A stretch of DNA of 64,000 nt from NCBI GenBank assembly GCA_937625935.1, contig OW569380.1, positions 387,492 to 451,491 of the forward strand, written 5' to 3'. This document shows, one piece after another, positions 55,229-64,000 of the stretch. The translations under genes were made by a program, and so were the position numbers. A model generated the notes under the pieces. The model made no database searches, had not been told where the DNA came from, and worked only from the letters and a program-made list of their open reading frames with translations. Every line of letters begins with the position of its first letter. Positions within the stretch are counted from its first letter, which is position 1. The stretch comes from Tetramitus jugosus (lineage: Eukaryota; Protista; Heterolobosea).

Positions 55229-56629
55229 ATGACGTCAAACTCTGTCGAGACTTTTACGATCAAACCAACCAACAAGTATAATCGCCCGGTCTCAACCGCG
55301 ACAATATCTCCACATGGAATGGACCTCATTGGTGCTCCTGTTCAAATCATTAATCACCGTTTCTTCCAGCGCCCCGAACATTTCAAGGATGTGGTCGATA
55401 CACTCAAGTCTTCTCTTGCTGAAGCGCTAGAGCTATACCCACCTGTTGCAGGCACTGTACGGGCGAATGAAAAGGGCGAGCTATATATCGCGTTGGATGC
55501 GGAAGGAAGCACCTTTCAGGTCGAAAAGAGAGATTCACCTTTCACTGGTGATGCCGATGACATATCTCCTATACCCGGAGTCTTGTTGTTACCCACACCA
55601 TGCAGCGCATTAGCAGTGAGAGTGACTCAGTTCTCTTGCGGAACGGTAGCCGTGGCGTCCTCAATGCATCATTTCCTCACTGATCTACGAGGCTTTCTCG
55701 ATTTTCTTGGAGTGTGGGCTAAACTGGCTCGAGGAGAAACGATTGATCTTGAAACGATTCCGCAGGACTGGTCTCACACTCCTGGGCGATTTTTCACAGA
55801 GCACAACAACTCGACATCGCAAGCTGTGTCCCCACCACCAGCTCCAAAAGGCTATGCAGTACTAAGTTCTGTGCCAACCGCTTCTGCTGCTGAAAATTCA
55901 CTTGTTTTCTCAGCAGCAGAAGTTCAGAGATGGAAAATTACTGAAAACTCTTTGGCCAATTTGAAAAACGATTTCACATCTGCTTTGGAAGATTGTTCCG
56001 ATACATGGATCTCATCGGGTGATGCATTAACTGCTCTGCTGTGGGGTGTCATGACACGCGCTCGCCAAAGTGCAAAGGTTCCCCAACTGTGTTCCAGCGA
56101 GGAATCAGGAACTGGGACTATTGCAATGGCAGCAGATGGACGAGACCGTTCTCCAAACAAGAACATGATTGGTGGACATTATTTCGGAAACTTCAATGTT
56201 CTTTTCATGACCACGGTTCCTCGCGCCGATCTGTTGTCTTCAGATGCTAAGTCAGCTTCTCGTGTAGCTCTCGCCATTAGAACGTCTCTAAATGAGCAAC
56301 TTACATCTGAAGCTATTGCGGATAGAATACAATTTATGGAAGCACCCGAAAATGCCAGCCCTCCTGGTCGCATTGTTTGGACCGCCGATTTGGCGTTTAC
56401 CAATTGGTGTCGATTTGATTTACAAGGTGAAGATATGGATTTCGGGTGGGGAAAACCTTTTGATGCAACTGGAGGTGAAGGTGCTCTTCCACCGGGTTAT
56501 GTTTGTTTACTGCAGCAGAAGACTACTGGAGATGTAACTGTTGTAATAACTGTAGAAAAAGAAGCAGGACATGCGATGAAAACTGACACTTTGTTGAACA
56601 AGTATGCAACTTTGGTGAGAATCCGGTAG
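55229..56629 (+). CDS. BAHD/Transferase-family CoA-dependent acyltransferase
   Basis: LKSSLAEALELYPPVAG, LAVRVTQFSCG, HxxxD (HFLTD), YFGN, DFGWG; intronless. Confidence 0.92.
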   Translation: MTSNSVETFTIKPTNKYNRPVSTATISPHGMDLIGAPVQIINHRFFQRPEHFKDVVDTLKSSLAEALELYPPVAGTVRANEKGELYIALDAEGSTFQVEKRDSPFTGDADDISPIPGVLLLPTPCSALAVRVTQFSCGTVAVASSMHHFLTDLRGFLDFLGVWAKLARGETIDLETIPQDWSHTPGRFFTEHNNSTSQAVSPPPAPKGYAVLSSVPTASAAENSLVFSAAEVQRWKITENSLANLKNDFTSALEDCSDTWISSGDALTALLWGVMTRARQSAKVPQLCSSEESGTGTIAMAADGRDRSPNKNMIGGHYFGNFNVLFMTTVPRADLLSSDAKSASRVALAIRTSLNEQLTSEAIADRIQFMEAPENASPPGRIVWTADLAFTNWCRFDLQGEDMDFGWGKPFDATGGEGALPPGYVCLLQQKTTGDVTVVITVEKEAGHAMKTDTLLNKYATLVRIR

Positions 56630-57809
56630 AATTGTCAGTACCTTTCTAGAAAATACGATAAAACCAACAAATATATCCTATTTAAGCCATCACAGAAGTC
56701 AAAAGGAATCACTAAGAAGGGTGCTAATGTTCGTGGGGAGTGCAATTGAGGATATCCTTTGCCCTAGGCAATGGAGTTCCATCCTCCTTCATAAAGGACT
56801 TTAGCATCAATTGATCTTCCTTGACTTGTCCATAAAAAATGTACTTTTCTGGTTGTTTTTGTTGTCGATCAACTGTGACCACTCTCTGCTTTGGGAATCA
56901 CCATTGTTGTGATGATGATATGGTAGCTGACCAGAAGGATAACGACAAAGATGATCAATAATTTGAAACGGGAAACCATTTGTTGTTGCTGCGAGACTGT
57001 GGGACGATTCACTTCTCTTTATTTGGGTCATTTCAAAAACTATCTTTTTACGGAAAATCTTGAGAGATCTGCTTACCTGCAACATTTTTTTAGATATCAG
57101 CAATGGTTAGGGAAAAAAAAGAACCCTTTTGAACCCTTTTGATCTTCAATCTGATCAAATTCACATTCGAAAAATTAAAATTTGGACAATTGACGAGTAA
57201 TCTTGACCGTCTTTTTCTGATTCTCTGGCAGTTTCAAATAGGCATAAATTCCAGAGAAATATAGATGAGTGGTTGGGTTGGGCAATGGATCGTTTGGATT
57301 CGACCGTTGTGTATGCCTCCAGCAGCATGCCTCACTACTGTGGCAGATCTCGAAACACCCGCCATGCAATGGACATAGACAACATGATTGGGATCCTTCA
57401 TTCATTGACCCATTACCCATCAGACCATTGGACCCGAGAGAAAGATTCACGTCTTCAACTCCTATGACATTTTCTCTTTGCTTCGATGGCAGAGAACATT
57501 GCCTACAACAAGCCGATTCATCCATTGACTCGTGCTGTTGATTTTTTCTCAGAGAAAGTCATAGGTTCGAGAAGAACAACACTATCAAGACCACATGGAA
57601 GGTTTGGAAGAGCAGGCCAGACGCTATGCTATGGAAGTTGGTCATGATGAAAGGGACGATTAATAAAGATGAAAGCTCTGACTAATAAAGTGATGATGAA
57701 GGCAATGGTAAAGAGAGATTTGACCACACTTGTTTACCTGTCCTCGAATCAGGCAAGATCATGATCCACAACAATCTGAGCAAGGAATGAGCAACAAGAA
57801 GCAATAACT

Positions 57810-57945
57810 TTTCAAAGGAAGTTTTTCTGAGCTAATCTTGAACTTCTTAATGGAGCAAAACACATTCTCGACAACAATTCTAATTGACTCAAACTGATTG
57901 TTGAAATGTTGTTCGTCAGGCTGAAGCTGCGATTCTGTTGTGTAC
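57810..57945 (-). mobile_element. DDE transposase remnant (DDE_Tnp_4; PIF/Harbinger/ISL2EU/IS5-like C-terminal segment)
   Basis: LQPDEQHFNNQFESIRIVVENVFCSIKKFKI matches the 'E..FN.....R..VE..F..hK.F' motif carrying the catalytic Glu. The 5' part is missing. Confidence 0.65.
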
Positions 57946-57950
57946 ATATA

Positions 57951-58443
57951 GTGGTCGTCTAACAACGGTGTCATCCTTGATTGTCATCAGAGTCTCCCAT
58001 GCTGTGTTGGTGGTGTTCGTGAATGGCCATGTATTCACAACTATGGCACTTTTACTCATTACGGAAGGCGCATTTAAGATACATCAAATAAACACAACGA
58101 ACTTTTCAAGACCTATTATTATATAATTGGTGTCTCTTACAATTGGTGGTGGCAGGAGAGATAAATTTCGCGACCCTTTGCAGAAAGTAGGGTTACATTC
58201 AACGAATCGGTGAAGGTGTCTCAGCAAATGAACCTCGATCTTCATCCTTTCGTCCAAAGTTTGATATTGAAATTTCTCTGTGAAGTGAGGTAATCATCGC
58301 TGAATGATTTGGTTTTCACATTGTCCACACAAATGGTCCCATGACTGCCACTAGCACCAGACTTGGAACAATGAGAGTGAGTAGAATATAAAAGTACTTC
58401 CACCTTAGATTTGTTACTTTGGTTCTCACTTCTTCCAGAAAGG
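57951..58443 (-). repeat. Rearranged, mostly inverted duplicate of 51724-52460 (FEX 3' end, intergenic, AGA 5' part)
   Basis: 58151-58443 is near-identical to the reverse complement of about 51748-52022. 58071-58125 matches about 52089-52145 and 57979-58070 matches about 52351-52456. 57951-57978 is a direct copy of 51724-51751. Confidence 0.92.
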
Positions 58444-58508
58444 GTCAATTTTTTCTAAAAATATTCCTTGTGGATGCTCAATCAAAAATCATTCCAACAC
58501 AAACAAGA

Positions 58509-60241
58509 ATGAAGAGCCGAAGAACGCAACGAGACGTGCACATTAATGATGATGATCAATCAAAGAGAAGAAAGCTCTCATATGATATCATTCCAAACGA
58601 AGTTCAACGAGTCATATTCTCCTTCTTTGATTTACATGGTCTCATTCACACAGTGTCTCTATTGAATTCGCAATTGAACACATTTGTGAATAGTAATGAA
58701 GAGTTATGGATTCATCAGTATAATTCTCACTTTGCATCATCATCATCTACTGTCCCATCACCACCACAGTATAATCATACACTCTATCATGCATCAACAT
58801 TTCCATTATCAACATCATCTTTGCAGCAAGTATCAAATGTAACTCCAATGACACTCAAGAAGTACATGGACACAAAGGAAAGAATGAAGATTGCATATAA
58901 TCTATCTGTTATAACAAATAATAATACAACACATGCTGGTCGTGGCAATCATGATGGAGTGATGGTAGTACCAGTGAAGAAGTTTCCAGATAACTTAATT
59001 TATAACTTGTTCAGAAAGAGATTGGATATGGAAAAGTATTGGAGTAAGAAGATGATATCTTTCACTGCTGTTCCATCAGAAGAGTATAGACAAGAATTCT
59101 ATGAAGGCAATAATATAATCGAACTGTTGGAAACTATGAAGAAGAAGGATGAAGGTATTGAAATACAACGTGACATTCCAGTGGACAATGCAATGTGGTA
59201 TTGGAAAGATGGTAAAGATTTCACTCCATATGAAAATGCAGATAATCCAAAGATTGAAAGAGAATACATTCTGTATGTGTGTCTGTATGTATATACATAT
59301 ATCTGCATCTCTGTTGATTCTAACACTATTGCAGGTCTAATGGACAGGGAACTTTTGATCTGGGACAGCATCTTATAGATTTCAGCAAAATGAAACAGAT
59401 CAATAAGAAAGATAAACGAAAGACGAGAAATGTGAGAAGAGAAGGATATACATTACAGATGATTGATGCTCTCATTAAGAGATATGATCATATTGATCAG
59501 AAGTTAGTTGATGTGCAAGATCTAACTTTGGGACAGAATGGACAATTTGAATCTGGATACAGCTATGTATCTCAGTGGTTAGTTAATAATCAATCTGCAT
59601 TTCCAAACGTGCAATCTATTCGTATACCAGATAAGTCTGTGGAAGAATTGCACTTCTTTAGTATTGGAGATGTCACAACAGCTCTACAGAATCTTCACTC
59701 AGTGAAGCATTGGATGTTATCTGGAAGTGACTTTAAGATCTCTCCCTTCAGTAATCATAATCTATTGAGTATTATATTAATTAGCTGTGGAAATTTGTCA
59801 GCTGATACCATCAAGAACTTGTGCATGTCTAATTTGACAAGTTTGAATCATTTGGAATTATGGATTGGTGAAATGCATAACTGGTCATCTGATAATCTTG
59901 CACATCTATTATCCCCAGAGGAGAATGGTCAATTTCCAATGCTTCAATATCTTGGATTACGTAATGGAGAACGTATCAGTCAATTATGTGACGCTATTGT
60001 TCAGTCCAGTATTGCCAAACGTGTTCGTGTGATTGATTTATCTCTGGGATTATTGAATGACACTGGAACTTCCATATTATTGAAACTTGGGGACCCCGAA
60101 TTCCAATCATTGGAAGTATTGGATATTCATCACAACAGTATCAGTGACACAAGTATCACACAGAAGTTACAGAATGAGTTGAAGTGTTTTGTTGATGTAA
60201 GATTCATCAATAATCAATACATTGCCTTCCTGCCACATTGA
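58509..60241 (+). CDS. F-box + WWE + STM4015-like LRR protein; exons 58509-59272 and 59335-60241
   Basis: F-box IIPNEVQRVIFSFFDLHGLIHTVSLLNSQL. WWE domain WYWKDGKDFTPYE.....IEREY...IDFSKMKQIN...TRNVRR completed across a 62-nt intron with a CTAAC branch point. LRRs LNHLELWIG, FPMLQYLGLRN, IDLSLGLLNDTG. Confidence 0.82.
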
Positions 60242-60299
60242 GATGGAAATACAATGGATGACACTTTTTGGAAAATTGCTATGGTCCATGTGAGAGTTT

Positions 60300-62251
60300 G
60301 ACGTCGCGCTCCCCAAAACATATAAGGCCCGCTTTGACAGAAGATTTCAACAAGATCAGCATGCAGTGTATTATTACGAATACAACATTTGCATAATTGT
60401 GACATCCATGTTTTTGAGCGTTTATTTGTAGATTCAGCCTCAAAATACGTCTAGTGAATTTAAAGACAACCCCTTCGAACCCTCTTGATAAATCGGAGAG
60501 AATGTCGATATAGCAACATTGTTTTCTTGAATGAGATCTGAAACAATTGCTCTGCACTGAAGTTTGCATTATGCAATACCGAACGAGATTTTCCGTGTTC
60601 TCTTGAAGAGTTTCACTTGCTTCTGAAAGTGTTGATGGTGAACACTCGGCTCGGTACTTATTGTCAAAACATGATCATCCTCCATATACTTTATCCAACT
60701 CATCATCGTAGCTTACATCGAACTGGCGTTGGTAAAGGTCGCTCAGGGACGAGGAAGAAGAAGGTCAAATTGATGCGTAAAAACCTCTAAAAAGAATCTT
60801 ATGACCGAACGTGATGATATTTTCCCTCATTACACTGGTCTTGACAAATCGCTCTTCCAGGATATGTTGTCGGAGTCGAGTGTTCCTTGAAAAGCCGCTT
60901 GTTGTTTCAAGGCTTAGTAAAGAACACTCCTTGGATTTGCTTCATATTCTCGTAGCACTTCAACTGGCTTTGAAGGAGAGATTAGAATACTTCGGTGGTG
61001 GGTGAACTGTCATCCATTGGATAGGAACATATGGATCAATTGTTCATACTCATATGCGCATTGGGAGGAGTAGGTACGATAAAAAACGCGACTATCCAAG
61101 ACCCTATGATAGGAGCACGCACTTATTGCGAAAGTAGATCGCGAAGGGAAGATTTTTCATATCAGTTCCGGAAGGGCAACTCTAATGACCAACTAGTTTG
61201 TCTCTGTCATCTATACTGTCACCAGCGTCATTGGTTTCATGAAGAGGTATGATGTACATTCATTCTGAAATGTTAAGAACATGTTCCCAAACTTACATTT
61301 CCCCGCCTACCTACAAATTCCGACCAAACAGAAATCATGATCACAAGAAGAAGAAAGCGAATCGTGTTCCAGCAGGGTTGGGTTTGGTGCTGTTCGCTGA
61401 ACAACCCAACCTTTTTCTATAACACCATATCCTTGTAATAACTCCGACCCAACCTTTTACCTGCATCGTTAGACGCAGGTGTTAGATAGTAGAACACTTG
61501 TTCTGACTTCTCCGATGACACGGAAAGGTGATGGACAAAGTTGCAGTCAGGCAAGATTGCCCACCACTGTTACGATCAAAGGAGTGTACAGAAACTCTTT
61601 CGAAAATTCAACAAAAATGAAGTAATGTTGAAATTCTTCTATATGTCCTGATTTGTTTGTTAGTGTATGAAGAAAAAGTGCACTGAAGCTCGCAAAGCAT
61701 CAAAGTAAATCTAATCCTGTTATGCATTGCTCGCGAAAAGAAACCTAATCCTGTTGTGCATCTGACAACATCCTTACATACTATCTAATGTGACAGAGAT
61801 GAGGAACTGCTCAGAATAAAAATTGCTTGTGCCACTAAAGAGCCATAAACTCTCGAATAAAAACAAAAAACTTCCAAGATACTCCTGGGCTAATGCAGAA
61901 TCTAATCAACTGGCTTGCAAGTTTATACTATACTCACAGACCAAGCAGTTAACTCACGGAGGTCGCACAACAGCTGTCAGAATTAACAGTGAACAAGCCA
62001 CCAAAGATAACAAAGAAATCAATGATATACCACCGTCATTGAAGTATCTAGAGAGATACTGCTCGTTTTGTTCGACAAAAAGTCATGGTCCCTTACATGA
62101 CGGACCCGTGATAAGAATTGCTCCATGACAGAACAAAAACCAAGCCAAATTGAAGAACCAAAACGAACCCACCGATGCTCAAGAACATGGGCAACATGAT
62201 GATGGTGTTCGTTTTCCAATTCATAACTCTCAAATATGGTGGGTCACTCAT
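60300..62251 (-). pseudogene. Decayed intron-rich gene for a membrane protein; first exons 62251-62097, 62047-61958, 61889-61835 (early TAG)
   Basis: Two canonical introns (GTAAGG..TAG, GTGAGT..TAG) join hydrophobic reading frames. More donor/branch/acceptor signals and stop-riddled protein-like frames continue downstream. The 3' boundary is approximate. Confidence 0.4.
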
Positions 62252-62674
62252 GAAGATTTTTTCGTTCAAAAACTGAACAAAAGAAAACAAGAAAGAAAAA
62301 AAGGCATCATAGGGGGCAAAAAAAGGCAACCAAGAAAGGCAAGGATCTCTTTCAACTAGTAAAACCTCAAGGAACTGAAATAAAAAGTTTCCTACAGGCC
62401 TTTCCATTCTGGCAAGTGCCTACTACAGCTCTCTAATTGAGAAGCATATCAATCTGACCTTGTTGACAGAGACTGGTCCCAACACATCTCTGAAAGATCG
62501 TGCATGATTTGGGGGTGCGAAGCAAAAAGAAAATTTCCAAATATTTGGATGAATTTTCGAAAAACATCTGCAAATAAGCATTTTTTCACTTTTTCACTTG
62601 CCCCAACCATCTCCAAAAATCAGTTGAACTCGGAATAAAATACTTTCATAGAGTAATCAAACACGATAAACCGC

Positions 62675-62698
62675 TGGGTTTGGGTTTGGGTTTGGGTT
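62675..62698 (+). repeat. Interstitial telomeric repeat, about 4 x TTTGGG
   Basis: TGGGTTTGGGTTTGGGTTTGGGTT, same orientation as the terminal array. Confidence 0.9.
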
Positions 62699-62916
62699 GT
62701 CACATATCGACAAACCAAGAATGGCTGAATACAGTCAACCGTACGTTGTAAAAGTGGTTTTTGTATTCTTTATGGTCTGAAATGTTCAACTTATGCTTTG
62801 TATCGAAAATGTCACTGTAGATTCTGAACTATACGCCAAACTGTGATATGGAGTTGGGTTTTGAACTCAGAAAACCCAAATCTCTCTGAGCTATTGACTG
62901 ATGAGTGTCGAAAAAA

Positions 62917-63232
62917 TAGGCGGAACCAGACATTTCGGCCTAAAAAAGCTTTTTTACAGAGGAACTATCTGGTTCCGCCTAAAAGTTGGACTCACAAGCG
63001 GAACCAGCTGGTTCCGCCTAAAAGAGCTTTTTTTCAGAGGAACTATCTGGTTCCGCCTAAATTTTCAACTTTACAGAGGAACCAGCTGGTTCCGCCTAAA
63101 ACTTGACTTTGTCAGAGGAACTATCTGGTTCCGCCTATAATACGACTTTGTCAGTGGAACCAGCTGGTTCCGCCTAAATGCACACATGTCTAAGAGGAAC
63201 CAGATAGTTCCGCCTATGAAGACAGAGGAACT
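62917..63232. repeat. Subtelomeric array of 8 palindromic elements with 39-bp period and variable spacers
   Basis: GGAAC(TAT/CAG)CTGGTTCCGCCTA cores start at 62922 (degenerate), 62961, 63000, 63039, 63078, 63117, 63156 and 63196; a truncated unit lies at about 63223. Confidence 0.92.
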
Positions 63233-63682
63233 TGGGACTGAGGTCAGGGAGGTTCAACTTCTGAAGGAAAATGCATTGTAACAGAACCGAGTGAACAACC
63301 AGATTGAAGTCCTTCATTGCTTGTTGTAATACTGGTCTGTAAATACAATTGCCTGATGATACAATCACGACTGAGAATGGCATTGTCCAGTTTTAAACCG
63401 AAATGTGGGAGAAAAGACAAAGGACAAGACAGGAACTATTTTGTAACAAAGAATGAAGGAGCTTAAACTCCTTTGATGAAGGTTCAACTTGGATGAAGGA
63501 GTGCTAACATAAATTCAATAAGTGAAAACATAGAGGATAAAACAGCAGGAGAGGAATTTGTAAAGTATTGAAAGGAGATGTGAAGGAGAATAACATCGTT
63601 TTACAAAGATCATCATTGTATTCCTGCATAAATATTGATTTTGAGATGAATTTGTGATTTTGGTGAGAAAACAGATTTTGAC

Positions 63683-64000
63683 TTGGGTTTGGGTTTGGGT
63701 TTGGGTTTGGGTTTGGGTTTGGGTTTGGGTTTGGGTTTGGGTTTGGGTTTGGGTTTGGGTTTGGGTTTGGGTTTGGGTTTGGGTTTGGGTTTGGGTTTGG
63801 GTTTGGGTTTGGGTTTGGGTTTGGGTTTGGGTTTGTGTTTGGGTTTGGGTTTGGGTTTGGGTTTGGGTTTGGGTTTGGGTTTGGGTTTGGGTTTGGGTTT
63901 GGGTTTGGGTTTGGGTTTGGGTTTGGGTTTGGGTTTGGGTTTGGGTTTGGGTTTGGGTTTGGGTTTGGGTTTGGGTTTGGGTTTGGGTTTGGGTTTGGGT
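63683..64000 (+). repeat. Telomere, (TTTGGG)n, about 53 units to the window end
   Basis: Homogeneous TTTGGG array with the G-rich strand running 5'->3' toward the end; one TTTGTG variant at 63832-63837. Confidence 0.96.

Noticed and set aside
56630-57750. Short ORFs between the BAHD gene and the transposase relic
   Set aside because: No recognisable motifs; probably degraded sequence that cannot be assigned without a search.
61290-61565. Hairpin cluster (GGTTGGGTT/AACCCAACC, ACCTGC/GCAGGT) and U1-like fragments (ACTTAC, CATGATCAC)
   Set aside because: There is no complete U1 5' end, correct spacing or Sm site. ACTTAC is better explained as a minus-strand GTAAGT donor of the decayed gene, and the hairpins lack covariation support.
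62898-62940. Hammerhead-like CTGATGA-GTGTC-GAAA core
   Set aside because: Stem II would be a single base pair, and no convincing stem I or III pairing flanks it.
62843-63140. ORFs with QRNYLVPPK / RGTIWFRL repeats
   Set aside because: A by-product of the 39-bp period: multiple frames stay open, and conservation follows DNA dyad symmetry rather than codon position.
62917-63232. CRISPR array interpretation of the palindromic repeat-spacer array
   Set aside because: Spacers are only 15-16 nt and mutually related (A-rich start, ACTTT/GCTTT, shared GACTTTGTC), repeats alternate between two types, there are no cas genes, and the context is a eukaryotic subtelomere.
1-64000. Ciliate (Paramecium-like) origin or reassigned stop codons, suggested by TTTGGG
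   Set aside because: Long genes translate without internal TAA/TAG, and TAA, TAG and TGA all terminate ORFs at expected C-termini.
1-64000. tRNA or rRNA genes
   Set aside because: No T-loop/cloverleaf or rRNA signatures noticed by eye; tRNAscan-SE/Infernal would be needed to exclude them formally.

Overview
Eukaryotic, gene-dense chromosome end from a protist using the standard genetic code. Genes have few, short GT-AG introns (about 50-190 nt, often with CTAAC/CTGAC branch points), many poly-Q/N tracts and very short intergenic gaps. A heterolobosean/discoban or amoebozoan-like host is a tentative inference. From 1 to about 46.7 kb lies a core region: SPX-EXS/XPR1, an MFS transporter, DHHC palmitoyltransferase, FANCI, TECR, U1-70K, RRP12, SEC24, centriolin-like, CRAL-TRIO, myosin V/XI-like, a six-SHOCT protein, a 49-aa basic microprotein missed by the ORF track, a GT2, GGH, 7TM-RGS and an acid phosphatase. 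From about 47 kb the window becomes an accessory subtelomere. It holds orphans, a detox-like set (TetX-family monooxygenase, FEX fluoride exporter, frameshifted aldo-keto reductase, BAHD acyltransferase), an AGA pseudogene, a DDE transposase relic, a scrambled inverted duplication, an F-box-WWE-LRR gene and a decayed multi-exon gene. It ends with a 39-bp-phased array of palindromes and a terminal (TTTGGG)n telomere. All assignments come from manual motif recognition; no searches were run.
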